Of a DNA stretch of 64,000 nucleotides, positions 45,839 through 58,388 are shown in pieces. This DNA is from Psammoneis japonica. Its lineage: Eukaryota. A program made the translations under genes and the position numbers. Location: assembly GCA_008632985.1 (NCBI GenBank), contig QPGO01000086.1:62001-126000 (forward strand), in the 5' to 3' direction. Numbering within the stretch: the stretch's first letter is position 1; each line of letters opens with the position of its first letter. Below the pieces are notes generated by a model, which saw only the letters and a program-made list of their open reading frames with translations, made no database searches and had not been told where the DNA came from.

Positions 45839-46170
45839 GATAGATTTCACAGAATATGGTAAGAAGAACGACGAGTGAAGGTGTAACGTATCTCTTGCTG
45901 ATTTTGTTCCAGGCCTTTCTCGCAATTTCCCGCCATCTTTTTGATTTGCGTTGCGGGAATGAACATATACGTTCTCATATTATTTTGAATTGATTTATAT
46001 TCTTTGGAATGATTATGGGATTTGTATGTTCTCAACTGACGTCGCAACGGCAAGCCAGTCAACTTCAAGCAAGGCCTGTCCTTCTGCCGTTTTGGTCCTC
46101 ACCCCTCCACAGAATTCCATTCTAGCTAGCTACTACTAGAGAGAGAAGTAGCTACTAGCTAGAGTAGTAG

Positions 46171-47318
46171 TTAGGTATCTTTGCTGCTTTTCTTGGCTCT
46201 TATTTCGACGCATGTCTTTAGGCGTTTCACCAGGACTTCTCGAGTTCCATCTTGCTCTAGACCGCGCTTTTTGAGACTTGATCGTAGGCTGCTCACGTCC
46301 TTTTGGTCAATGTTGAAATCGTCCTCCAAAGCCAAAGGAGGCGTCCAACAGGCTTTCAAAATATCCGCCATAATCTTGCCCGACTCCTCGAGTTTAGAGT
46401 AACCCTCTGATTCCATAACTTTTGAGCGATTATCGATAATGAACTTTATGGCAGTCTCCTTGAGCAAGGCGCAGCTCATGCTGTCTGCATAAAGAAGCAG
46501 CTCCGACACAGTATCCACCGAAATGGCTGACCTTACAAGTTCAGCTTCTGCCAATAGTTTGAGAGAAGCACAATCAAACTTGTTGGCAACTTCTAAAAGG
46601 GCTCTAGCGTTCTCTTTGAGGCTCATGCTGAATGGAAGACAATCTTGGTGAACAAAAGTCAGGAGCCCCGAAAAGATGTCGGCATCCACGTCTGGGATTG
46701 GAATCGCGGTACCACGGGGAACATCCTTGACGAGACTGGCAAGAAACGGAGCCCGAATCTTGAGAGCAAATTCATTTCCACCAAACTGTCTTCCGGCAAC
46801 GTCAAACGTAACGTCATGAGCATTCTCAGACGAGAAGAATTTCAACCAGTCGGATTGAATCGTGTTGGTTGGACACACGGGAGGCCTTTCCTCGTCCAAC
46901 TGTAGCGTCAGCGACACTTTGAGGGCTCCTCGATCCAAGTGTTCTGAAATTTCATAACACTTAATGAACCGATCAACCCTAGATAATTCCATTGTCTGAG
47001 GAGGTGGGAACTTTTCCCGTCGACACTGACATGCGGCTTGGTGGAAAATCGACATTTGAATCGAATTTCGTCCGCACTGCAAAGTGTCAGCCGAACCGAT
47101 ACCCACTTTTTGCCATATCGAAAACGTCGACAACCGCCTGGATACAAGGATAACACCCACGATTGTCCAATGCACTCAAAACGTTGTGTCCTTATGAAAT
47201 TTCCAGGTTTCCGTGGCAGAGACTCGAAATCAGGAAACACAAACCACTGGCGTTGAACACCATCATTACTCGAGGTCGTTTGCTGCGAATCTTGACTGAG
47301 CTGTTCGTTTCGCATCAT
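46171..47318 (-). CDS. MATH-BTB protein with C-terminal SAP-like motif, frameshift near 46990
   Basis: FECIGQSWVLSLYPGG; HDVTFDVAG..ALKIRAPFLA; VSSLRSSLKKRGLEQDGTREVLVKRL. Confidence 0.8.
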
Positions 47319-47435
47319 CTATTACAGTAACAGAGTCCTATCGTGTGTCGACACGATGAGCTGATCGATGCAAGCGTAGCGAAATGAGAGCAATCAACAA
47401 AACAAGTTTTTTTCCACGACTGGCGATGGCGAGGC

Positions 47436-47858
47436 ACGTTTGCACCGGTAGGTAGGTTTGTAGTACGCAATTCTCTGCTTCGAGTTTTGGAGGGACCAGG
47501 GATAGTTTGAAGTTTGAAGACAGTTAGATGCCAAGCACGAACGAATCTCTACGACTGTTCAATACAAAGTTTCTATCGCTTTCTTGTTCTAGTGAAACAG
47601 GAAGTATCTCGCATTGACTGCCACCCTGTAGGAAGAGCACTCAAAATTTACCCGAGAGTGGATCTTTCACCCAATTGGATCCAGTTCCTGCGGCCTTCAT
47701 GTACTTTAATGTAGACCAAAGATTCTGCCAGATCCAAGGGTAGTACACATACTGAACATTGTGCTTCTTGCATATCTCACGAACCGTTGGAGCAATAAAG
47801 GGGTACCAGGCTGAACTCATGCGAGGGAACAAGTGGTGCTCCACCTGAAAGTTGAGTC
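47436..47858 (-). repeat. Near-identical second copy of the desaturase 3' end and flank (matches 48521-48945), ending at an N
   Basis: Same peptide LNFQVEHHLFP...DPLSGKF with a few SNPs and indels; N at 47859. Confidence 0.85.
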
Positions 47859-48297
47859 NTGTTGCGTTGCGTTGTGCTGTTTTGACGCCGTTTCGATGAG
47901 TTTCGTGCATGGTGCGTGTTGCTGTTGCTTTTGTTCGTCGCGGCGCGCCTCTTTTTTGGTCGCTTCAACTACTCATAGTGGTGCAACGATACCCCACTAT
48001 TGTGCTTTCCTGTTGCGTCTTTTTGGCTCACTGTTGCTGTTTTGCGGCGCTTTGGGTGTCATCGTGGCTCAATCCGGTTCGTCGGACGCATCAGCGTGAT
48101 GACTCGCACTGCATTCGTGTGGCTTTTACCGTTGGCATTCCAACTTCATAATAATAAACTTAATAGACATAATAATGTATAAATTCAAATTGCATAAACT
48201 TAATATTTATATGTATATACATTATACTAGTCTACGGTCATAGTCTGTAATAAATTGCTGCGTTATGTGAATTTATCAGCTACGTTATGTAAATTTG

Positions 48298-48438
48298 TCA
48301 CTCGCCTCGGCACCCGGTCACTCGCCTTGTTACTGACGTCATATTTGGGTCACTCGCCTCGGCACTCGGTCACTAGCCTGTTACTGACGTCATATTTGGG
48401 TCACTCGCCTCGGCACCCGGTCACTCGCCTCGGCACTC
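48298..48438 (+). repeat. Composite tandem repeat (tcactcgcctcggcacycgg / tcactcgccttgttactgacgtcatatttggg), probably transposon subterminal
   Basis: Six tcact(c/a)gcct heads in 140 bp, within the segment absent from the other copy of this locus. Confidence 0.75.
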
Positions 48439-48727
48439 AACGAACCCTTTAAGTAATGAAATGACCCCTATAAGTGACGAAACGTCATCACCGACCGTCT
48501 GACCCCCCTGCTAGCCAGTTACGTTTGCACCGGGAGGTAGGTTTGTACGCAATTCTGTACTGCTTCGAGTTTTGGAGGAACACCGCGGATAGTTAGAAGT
48601 TTGAAGACAGTTAGATGCCAAGCACGGACGTTTCTCTACGACTGTTCAATACAAAGTTTCTATCGCTTTCTTGTTCTAGTGAAACAGGAAGTATCTCGCA
48701 TTGACTGCCACCCTGTAGGAACAGCAC

Positions 48728-50229
48728 TCAAAATTTACCCGAGAGTGGATCTTTCACCCAATTGGATCCAGTTCCTGCGGCCTTCATGTACTTCAATGTA
48801 GACCAAAGATTCTGCCAGATCCAAGGGTAGTACACATACTGAACGTTGTGCTTCTTGCATATCTCACGAACCGTTGGAGCAATAAAGGGGTACCAGGCTG
48901 AACTCATGCGAGGGAACAAGTGGTGCTCCACCTGAAAGTTGAGTCCACCCGTGATGCATCCCGCAACAAACCCACCATAGGTGCAGGAGGTCTCCACCTG
49001 AGACTTGAACCAGCAAACCTTTTTGTTTCCGTCACGAGCCGCGGCGGTGGGATCGCGGTCGACGTTTTCAAAGTTGTGCGAGAGAGAAAAGGGAATGGCC
49101 AAGGTCAAACTCTCGACAACGCCCATGAGAAGAATGTATCCGGCAGCGAGAAGTGGTTCGTCCTTGAGGTGGTAAAAGGGTGCCACAACATTGGTCAGAA
49201 TGTAAAGCAGCCTCAACATGACGGCGAATTTGCGTCGAGAAACGACAAAGTTACTCTCGAACTTCATGCCAATGCTGCTGGCACCACGCTGCTGCAAATC
49301 CATAATCTGGGGGTTGAACACCTCGGAAACCCAGTATCCAGCGAGAACGAGGGGATAGTAAAAGACCTGGAACCTGTGGTACCACCGGCGAGAAGGATGT
49401 CCGAGAGGATAATCGTTAAAGAGCATCATGGGCTCAGCACCGTAGCTGTCGGGATCCTTCTCACAGTGGTTGGTGTAAGAATGATGAGTCCAGTGCTGTT
49501 CGATCCATAGCCACTTGCTACCACCGATAAAGTCAGCTCCGAGACCCAGGAGATCATTGATGCGGTGATTCTTGGAACAAGCTCCGTGGTTGGCATCGTG
49601 CTGAACATTGAGACCGATAAAGGCCTGAGACATGCCATACAGCACAGCAAGCCATAGAGAAGGACCAGAAGTTACCCAAATGTACTGAAGGCTGAAAAAG
49701 AGACCAATGTAAAAGACGGCACGAGTGTACCAGCCGGGGGTACCAAACTCCTTGCCCCGATTCACAATCTTGAACACTTCCCTCTTGATTTCTCTTTCAA
49801 AGGGGGTGTCAAACTCGTACCTGAACGTAAAAAAAACAATAGCAACGGGCTGTGAGTATCTTATCGATTCACTTACGCCTTAGCACAGATAAAGGACACT
49901 GGTTTCTTCTCTTTCTTCCAGGTCTATACTCACTCGGTTTCATAGTCAGCCACTTTTCCTACACGCTTCATCTTTTCCAAATGATGCCTGGTGTGGTAAG
50001 GATGAATCATTTTGTATTGAACAGTGACGTCGTTTCCGCCAAAGACCTGAATCGTATCACCACCCGGATGGTCAAAGTCCTGAATATCATAAATGATGCC
50101 GTCAATTGCAATCTCGTGGTTCTTCAAGGTGGACATGGTGCAGATGCGTTCCTGCTCGGCGGCAGCATCCTGAACAGCTTCCTCGCCTTTTGCTTTACGC
50201 TGGCGGAGAACATCGGCATCCGGCGGCAT
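48728..50229 (-). CDS. Front-end fatty acid desaturase, delta-5 type; intron 49821-49933; 462 aa
   Basis: Cytochrome b5 HPGG; His boxes QHDANH, QHWTHH, QVEHHLFP; spliced junction EYEFDTPFEREIKREVFKIV resembles diatom delta-5 desaturases. Confidence 0.92.
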
Positions 50230-51225
50230 GATGAGTTGCTCTTTTCACTTTGTATCAAAAACAAAATGCTTTGCAGATTTTCTGTTTGGTGGTGGTTCGC
50301 AAACGTTGCAACGACGCAGAGATGCGTGAGCTTTTGTGAGCGGAATCCGATTCAAAGCTGGTACGATTTCTCGTAGCTTTCTACGGCGTCGGCCACGTCA
50401 ACCCTTCTCTCGCCCGTCGTAGCCTGCGTAGAAAACGTACTGGTGACGGACAACGGCCAAAGGAACAAAATCACAACCTCCCTCCGACAAATATATCAGT
50501 ATACGTGTACGTATACAAATAAAAATCGATGCGGCGCAAGCCTTTCAACTTCAAGTTTAGTCCAGCGATTCGAAGCGAATAGAGACAAGGGAGGGGTTCT
50601 AATCCTTGCAGTACAAGTTCCATACCTTAATCGTTCTTTTATCCATCTGTAGCCTGCTCAAACTGAAATCTGAAATTCAAGCCATGGCTGCTGTCTCTTA
50701 GGATTCCCTTTTGCTGCATGCAGATGGAGAGTTTGCAGGAATTGATGAGAACAGTTTGCAGTGCATCTCGGGCACCGCTCCCATCAACGTTTTCGAACCC
50801 ATGGAATGGGCAGTTATGCCCAACCTAGTATCTAAAAACGAGAAATTAAAAGCCTATGGTATCTCCGATGCCTTAGTCGCCGCCTCGATTGCTTGTGCCC
50901 AGACAACCAGCGCGTGCGGGCATTTTCTCCAGGCACGTTTGTCAAGTTCGGCATCTAGCAACGTGTCAAGGACACGTGCCCAACATAGAATGCGATGATA
51001 ACTTCATGCTGTGCTTGTCAAATCAATCTCGTTCATCTTCTGTCTGTCGACGGGTGGGAACATCAAGGAACCGCACGTTTCATCCGCGAATGCGCGCGAA
51101 TTGCTGAGACGTGGATGTGAGGTGATGTGACTGATCTGACTCGAGCACATTATTTCTTACAGAGATCAGAAACAGCGCCTTATAATTTGAACACAGATTC
51201 AAGAACAACACCAAACAATACCAAA

Positions 51226-52301
51226 ATGATAACCATCGAAAGCAACGGCACCACATTCCTCTACGGCGACGACTCTTACGTCGTCACAACGCCCGAGGAG
51301 GTAGCTTCAAAGCTAGGGGAAAAGGGAGTACGAGCTTGCCCGGTGTGCTCAGTCCAGCGCAATGTAATGCTATGAACAATGGCATGTGGGACACGATTGA
51401 ACACCTTACTTCTGGAATGAAAACTCCAGTAAAACGTTCGGATGCGACCACGTACGGATCAGTCTTTGACTTGAATCCTCTTCACGGTGGCCTCTTTCAA
51501 CATTTTGGCTGGGGTCATGCTCATATGTATGGGACGTTCGACAGAACCCTCGGGTAGCCGCTGCACATGCTCACATTTACAAGTGCGACCCACGAGACTT
51601 ACTCGTGAGTTTTGACGGTGTGAATGCGTCCTTGGGCGCGGTAATGCCGTCGACTCGCGGCAAGGGACAGTTTCGAGGACGCAGCTGGCTCCATCTCGAC
51701 CAGAGATTGAGTGATAGCCGCTTCTTGTGTGTCCAAAGCTGGGTTACTGCCAACGACATTCTTCCAGGCGATGCCACTCTGCGGTTCCTTAGCGGAAGTC
51801 ACAAGCTGCACGCTGAGTTTGCCAAAGCGTTTCACTTGGAAGAGTACCACAGCGACTGGTTCAAACTACAACCAGAACATATCCAGTGGTACAAGGACCG
51901 CGGTTGTGTCGATACGTGCATCACGGCAAAAGCCGGAACGCAGGTATTTTGGGACAGCCGCACGGTGCACTCGGGGATGGAATACCTTCCATTAAAGGAC
52001 TGCCCAAAACGCAGCAAGCCCCGAGAGGTGCGAAACGTTGTCTACGTGTGTTACCAACCACGCAACCGACAACACTTGAAATGCGCAGGTCGATCTTAAC
52101 ACCCGGCCACAAGTTTCATCTTCGCATGGCATCACATTGGCCCAACAATATGAAGCTCTTTCCAAAGTACGCTCGGCAGTATGGTCCGCCTCCTCAAGGT
52201 TGTCGCCAGACTGATCCTACGAAATATTGGAGCTTTGTTCCGCCACTTCCAAATCCGACATTAACCGAATTTGGTCGTTGCATTGCTGGGATTGACTCAT
52301 G
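51226..52301 (+). CDS. PhyH-like Fe(II)/2-oxoglutarate dioxygenase, split by frameshifts
   Basis: WLHLDQ (HxD), VQSWV, LSGSHKLH, FWDSRTVH and RNVVYVCY motifs across four abutting ORFs. Confidence 0.8.
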
Positions 52302-52858
52302 ACTTGTTTCAAAGTAGTCAAAAAGCCGTACATTCTTTGCTACCATACTAAAATAGATATTCATACTTTTGCACAATCCGCTTTTGCTCTCGCATCCTTC
52401 TGCTGTTTTCCGTCTGCAAGAAGAATACCCATTCGTTCCAGCCACTTTTTCTTTTAAGTTTATGTGTTTTGCCGCGTCTATGCTTTCCACATTCCCACAA
52501 CATGCTCGCTGATGCGAGTTTAGTACGGCGAGAATCGCACCGACTGCGAACCGACAACGTGGTTTATTTCTAGTAGCAAAAGGTTCATCATTTATCCCGC
52601 ATCCCACATAAACTTGGGGTGATTCTTTTCAACAGTCAAGCAGCAAAGGCAGCAAGAGGGACAACCCGTGTAGCGAACAATAGCGGAACTGGAGAAAGTT
52701 ATCCTGCCATTGCGATAGCACTGTACTGTACACGCTTTCAGCTTGTTGCTTCAGTTTATTTCAAAGTTTTCGCTCGTGCGTCGTTCGTTTTGGAGGCAGA
52801 CGAGGAGAGATGGGAGAGGAGTCAGCGGAGGCGCAAAACGAATGCCGATGCAAAGACA

Positions 52859-53516
52859 ATGACGTCTTTTACCGTCGTTCGATCAAAGTTGACAAAGTGC
52901 ACTTGTCTATTAAGTTGTACTAGATCGACTTGTCGTATACAAGTCCGTTCCTTGGGAATCACGGCTCCTGAAAGACCAACTTCGTCGTGGGAACGAGGTG
53001 CCAAGCTTGTGAAAAACACCGACGTGGAAAATCCGTACCTTGAGCACATTCGAAAAGAGCATGACCCATCCCTGCATCTCAAGACGATTGAAGATGAATT
53101 ACGTGGAACAATGGGAAAAGCCTTGGGGAAGCAGGGTGAAAAGATTTCACAGGCTCTGCGTCAAATGAAAAAAGAGTTTGACTTGTATGAGGAGCTTGTC
53201 CATAGCAATAATGGGCAACACCACACGAGTTGGAGGCATGCGTGAAACGACACAATGAATTTCGGAAATTAGCAATCAAGGCGAGATGGGAACTCATGGT
53301 TCATCGTCAGGCTGTAGGATTTATTGTCAACAATCACAAATTTGTGCATGAACAATTTCCAATTCCCGACGCCCTGTCGGAATCATTTTTCAAACTGCCA
53401 ATGGCGAAGATTGCAGCTCGAGAGAAAACAAGACTACGAAACAAGAAACGAGGTCTAGTACAAAGCAATTTGGAGACCAATTGGATTGGTGGCAGCGAAT
53501 TGGTCGGTGGCGATAA
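52859..53516 (+). CDS. Hypothetical protein with basic presequence, frameshifted
   Basis: ORFs 52619..53245 and 53230..53544 abut; a third frame ends KQFGDQLDWWQRIGRWR*. Confidence 0.6.
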
Positions 53517-53705
53517 TGAGGCATGGTTGTTCTCCATTTGTTGAGTACGCAAAACACACCTCGTGCATTTTTTCAGCTGCCTCCCGAGACAGCGACATAT
53601 TTGTTTAGAAGAACCTTTAGTAGCATTCCGTAGTGAAGCTTCTATTTATCGCGACCAATCTGCTCACTCAATAACGTTATTTTTGAAGCAGTACAGCCGT
53701 GTCTA

Positions 53706-54047
53706 TCAATCCGAATGTTCTTTTGGTAATTGCAATCCTGCTCTGGCTGCCGCTCGTCGACTCAGTTCCTTGGGTGAAAGCTTTACTTCGGCTCCAGTAT
53801 CAAGTTCATGCAATCGTTTTCGTTCCGCTAGATCCCGTTGCAACACGTAATAATTGTAGGCTACATGTTGCAAGGCCGTGGCTCGACTTGGCGACACAGA
53901 CCGATTGGCCCGGTACTGACCCAAAACGTAGGCTTGAGTTGGATTTATCCTTGTCGCCTTTGCTGTTTCTCCCTTTAATGGTGGAGTTTTCAATAATCGG
54001 AGCATTCCACGGAGCACATGAAGCGGCGGTGATGATGCAGCTGTCAT
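53706..54047 (-). CDS. Small mitochondrial LYR/FMC1-like protein
   Basis: LRGMLRLL N-terminal helix and AAARAGLQLP C-terminus resemble the FMC1 family. Confidence 0.6.
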   Translation of the reverse strand: MTAASSPPLHVLRGMLRLLKTPPLKGETAKATRINPTQAYVLGQYRANRSVSPSRATALQHVAYNYYVLQRDLAERKRLHELDTGAEVKLSPKELSRRAAARAGLQLPKEHSD

Positions 54048-54550
54048 CCTGTCCCGTTGTCGCGTCACAAAAAGTCGCCAATGGTTTTATCGATTGAGAT
54101 TCTCACAATTGGAAGCAGCACAATTCCGACCTCTCCAGATTATATACAATCGATCGAAACACACTTGTCCTGATGTGATGCCAACAAGATGCCAATCGGC
54201 TAACTAAGGCGTGTGGCTTTCGATGCGCCAAGAACAAACCGGAAACCGGCCCGCACAAAATCAAAAAATAAAAAATATCAGCCGAATGCCTGTCCGTCGT
54301 CCCAGCCAAATTTTCAAAAAAATTCGATAATGACGTGTCGACATTTAAGGCCCTTTTGCCACGTCACAGGGAATCGCACGTAGAATTCTACTGAACTCGT
54401 CTACGGATTTGAGTCCCGGGAAAGATGATTCAACGCGTGTCAAGCAGAATAAAAATGGCCACTTTTTTGTTTTTTGGCAGTCCCGAACAGAATCGAAACA
54501 AGATCTCAAACACAACTAATACATCCGATAGAACAAAGAAACGAGTCATC

Positions 54551-55381
54551 ATGGCGATACTATCCGCAAACGAGATGCTTTATATGTTGGGTCTGTTCTT
54601 CTTTTGGTGCATTCTTCCATCCGTGTGTTCACTGCCAAATCACCATGTCGGCAGAAAGGCTCTTGCCGACGTAGACGAATCAAGGAAGTGGAGTTGCTTT
54701 CGGGAAGTCCCGAGTACATTGCCCCTGCACGAAGCTGAGAAGTCTACAAAGTCCGTGGTGAATCCGACGCACTCTGTTCATGACAGCGACGATTCGTGTA
54801 GTGCTACCATTGATATTCCTGGAGTGCAAACTGGGGATTTGAACATATCCGTCACGATTGACTCCAACAACCGACACTTGGTCCAGATCTTTGGCAAGAG
54901 GAGAACGCATGATTCAGTTGTCATTTATCACAAGCTCCTGGAAGTAGACGACGATTTAGATATTCGAGATCTCGTCATGTCTTATTCCAATGGTGTGGTG
55001 GAGTTGACCATTGCGAAACGAGACGCCACGAGTCAACCGATCCCGCTTCCAACGAAAAGCACGCGGAGTCCCGGATCGCAGCTGCGAGGTACATCCTACC
55101 ATTCGGATCCCACCGACTATGTTACTCCTAATTTCGAGAGCATACGTGCCGAAGAAGACGAAGAAGAAGCTCTGAGCCGTGACATTTGGATCACCAATCT
55201 GAGGGATATACATTTGTTGCAAGAGCAAGAACGAAATGCGAACTTGGACACACCCTTGGTGCACTCGGAAATCAAGTCACTGGAGGAAATAATAGAAAAC
55301 GAATTAATGGGGGATCACATTTCAGATATGAACATGGAAGCAGACGATGCGGAATTCCAGTATTGGTTCAATCACATGTAA
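54551..55381 (+). CDS. HSP20/alpha-crystallin-domain protein with signal peptide
   Basis: IDIPGV..DLNISV..QIFGKR..YSNGVVELTIAK; hydrophobic N-terminus; acidic tail. Confidence 0.72.
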   Translation: MAILSANEMLYMLGLFFFWCILPSVCSLPNHHVGRKALADVDESRKWSCFREVPSTLPLHEAEKSTKSVVNPTHSVHDSDDSCSATIDIPGVQTGDLNISVTIDSNNRHLVQIFGKRRTHDSVVIYHKLLEVDDDLDIRDLVMSYSNGVVELTIAKRDATSQPIPLPTKSTRSPGSQLRGTSYHSDPTDYVTPNFESIRAEEDEEEALSRDIWITNLRDIHLLQEQERNANLDTPLVHSEIKSLEEIIENELMGDHISDMNMEADDAEFQYWFNHM

Positions 55382-56089
55382 AGATATCCGACCGGATCGA
55401 GAATAGGGACGAATAGGTTCATATAAATATTAGAGGTAGAGATAGAAAGAGACCACACGAAATGGTAGATTATAATAAAGCAACCGCTGTGCTGTCAGTG
55501 GAACACAATCCCGATATGGAATCGCACGACCCGCTCGTTCCAAGTTACAGTACGGTGGCAACACTCGACATAATACGGAGCTCCATGATGAGTTGATGAA
55601 GGAGGAGCATCTTGTGAGCGTCGTCAGAAAGCGTCATGGCGAACTGCTGCTTTGTCCCTCCTGCTTGGCGACCAAAACAAAAAAAGAACAAGTGTCAACT
55701 ATAGCCCTATGGTACAAGAAAACACGCGAAGATCTATATCGTGCAACCAGAACTGTAGTAGCTGCTGTAGGGCCTCTAGAGAGAGGCTATAGACTGAATC
55801 GGCTTGCCTCATCCAAATCATGATCTCAAAGCCTTGCGAGAACTGAGTCGACTCATCCTTTGAGGAGAAATCATTGAGACACCAAGACATCATAATGAAA
55901 AACGAACCAGCTCGAGATGGTAGTGTGAGCTTTAGGAAACCACGATTGAAACGCGAACCCCGTTTCGAGACAGACGGATAATAGTAGCTTGAATCCCACA
56001 AAAACAAAGCGAACTGAAAAGACTTGCCCTTCTTTTCACAAAACAATTTTCAGCTATATTACAGATCCTGCAATATACAAATACAAATA

Positions 56090-57718
56090 ATGAAGGCGGC
56101 AAATGCAGCTGGCCACTGGTTGTTGCAGTTGGCCAATACATTTTTATTTCTCTCCTACGCGAGCCGAGATCTCCTCATGCTGCGTATTGTACTCATGTTT
56201 GCCGGCCTTTGCTTTGTCTTGTGGGGAGCTCTGGCCTTGCCCAAGATTGCTGTCGATACCGTCGTCTGGAATAGTATTTTCTGCCTAATCAACGCTGTCC
56301 GAGCGGCGGAGTTGGCCTGGCAGAGACGACCCATACAATTCGAGCGCGACGAACACGAGGAGGTTTACGCACAATTGTTTGGCCCCGTGGGAATATCACG
56401 CTTGAATTTCAAGCTACTCATGCAACAAAGCCTGCTGAGGACGCTGAGAGAAGGTAGCACGTTTATCGAAGCTGGCAATGAAGCCACCAATCTAACGCTC
56501 TTGTACGCGGGAAGGATGAGTATTATATCCGCTCCCAAAGATGGTAGACCGACTGAAAAGGTCGGAACAGTGCATCGGATGCAGTTTGTAGAAAGCCCGC
56601 AGTGGGCCAACATGCAAGTGCAGCGACGTGAAAAGGCTACTGCTGGTACATCAGCTGCTGCTACCAGTGGGCGTCATACGATCCGCAAAAAGTCGAGTCT
56701 GCCATTCAGGGCAAAGGTGGCCACGGCGGCGGCCGATGCTGTCCCACGCGTCCATCTTTCGACGGATACGGTCGAATCATCAAGATCAACAAACGAAATA
56801 GTTGAGATGGATGTCGCCTTGGACCAAGATGTGCGTGCAGCATCTGCGGTAGAGGTTACATTCAAGGCAGAAACAAACATAACCTTTTTCACATGGCCCA
56901 TGGAGCGACTGGTAGACTATATGGCAAAGACACCATCGATAGCAGCACCGCTCAACTCAATCGTTGGTGCCGATGTCGCAACAAAGCTCTTTTCACAAGC
57001 CAAAGCTGGCGAAGGCGACGTTGCGTTCGATCGTAGGATATATTTACCACTTGACGAGCCGCAAGAAGGAACAGCGGTAATACCGCTTGATGATGAAGAA
57101 GTTATTGAAGAGCATGACGGCCAAGAGAGCATCATTTATGAAGAAAAGGAAGAGGAATTAGGATGCACCGACATGGAGCTCTCCCAACCGGTGCAAAGAA
57201 AGCCTCAGCTTGCTAGGAGGAGTTCTCTTGAAGCCGAAAAGATGTGGTTGGAGCGGCGTGGAGCAGAGGACACTGCCCAGGATCGCAAGTTAGCGGCCGC
57301 CCTACATCAACGCACTAGCCTCAATAAGTACGAGATATCAGCTCTCGTTTCCAAGGGACGGTGGAGGCGTATTGTTAGGGAGGGTACTGTCTTGATTCGT
57401 GAAGGCGAACCAACGACCTTCTTGTGTATGATATTAAAGGGCACTCTCTCCGCTCATAAAGGTGAGGGAGATAAGGTCTGTCAGCTGCACAAGATCATTC
57501 CTGAGCAAATGGTCGGTAGTATCGAACTACTTGAGACAGGAAGGGAGCATATTGCTGGAGAGACAGTGACTTCGTTGGAGCCTGTAACATACATTTGTTG
57601 GGATGTTGATGATTTGCGTGCTCTCCTCGCCCCGCGTCCGAACCTACGCGCTCAACTTACGACGCTTGTTGCTATCGATTTGGCTACCAAGTTCCGGCAG
57701 GTGGAGGAAATGGTATGA
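56090..57718 (+). CDS. Popeye-domain (POPDC/BVES-like) membrane protein with two cyclic-nucleotide-binding domains
   Basis: Three N-terminal TM helices (LANTFLFLSY..LLMLR..DTVVWN), YAQLFGP, FVESPQW, GADVATKL; a second domain ends AIDLATKF. Confidence 0.82.
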   Translation: MKAANAAGHWLLQLANTFLFLSYASRDLLMLRIVLMFAGLCFVLWGALALPKIAVDTVVWNSIFCLINAVRAAELAWQRRPIQFERDEHEEVYAQLFGPVGISRLNFKLLMQQSLLRTLREGSTFIEAGNEATNLTLLYAGRMSIISAPKDGRPTEKVGTVHRMQFVESPQWANMQVQRREKATAGTSAAATSGRHTIRKKSSLPFRAKVATAAADAVPRVHLSTDTVESSRSTNEIVEMDVALDQDVRAASAVEVTFKAETNITFFTWPMERLVDYMAKTPSIAAPLNSIVGADVATKLFSQAKAGEGDVAFDRRIYLPLDEPQEGTAVIPLDDEEVIEEHDGQESIIYEEKEEELGCTDMELSQPVQRKPQLARRSSLEAEKMWLERRGAEDTAQDRKLAAALHQRTSLNKYEISALVSKGRWRRIVREGTVLIREGEPTTFLCMILKGTLSAHKGEGDKVCQLHKIIPEQMVGSIELLETGREHIAGETVTSLEPVTYICWDVDDLRALLAPRPNLRAQLTTLVAIDLATKFRQVEEMV

Positions 57719-58388
57719 AATAATGTAGAAGCGACGCTTGCTAAACGAAAGATAATGTTGCTCCAAATCACAACAAACTGTTTCGATTTTCGATTCAGTC
57801 CATGTCGCCTGATGAGCGGCTGGACAGGAGATCTTTGGTTCTGAGAGACTGACTGTCATGACTCCGTGCACTAGACAGATCCCTTGATCCATTACGTGCC
57901 ATGGTGATAGAAACGGCAGTTGTGGGCGCCATGTCGAAGGCATAGTATTCATGCAGTACCGGTACAGGTATGATGCGTCGCCATTGTCGTTCATTCTGAT
58001 TCACGATTGATTCATTCACGATGGGCTTCGTTTTATTATGTCTGAAACTCTGTAGGTTTTTTATTCACTATGCTTTACCTTATAATCCGTTACATCGGAT
58101 ATATTAAATGAGAATGATAGTAATTATTAGAAGATACCCGAGGCTTATTGCCTCGGACATATTTTTTGAAAAATTGGCGCGAACTTTTAGATTATTCATT
58201 TTCTCGTAGCAATACATAGATAAGCGCGCGCCTCGTGAACTTTTTGCAACCGTGTCCGTTGGTAGGTGAATATACATATTCAACCTGTAGGTCATGATAA
58301 TCACCTGCACTTTTCGTTCACGATATTTTCGAGACGCGAAAGGTGAACAGTGAACAGTGAGCCTACTTCTAGTATATAATATGCAATC

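Noticed and set aside
47436..47858. True tandem duplication of the desaturase
   Set aside because: The copy ends exactly at an N and differs by few SNPs/indels, as expected for the other haplotype at a scaffold join.
48298..48438. CRISPR array (also 1-420 and 18766-18848)
   Set aside because: No unique spacers, no cas genes, eukaryotic context.
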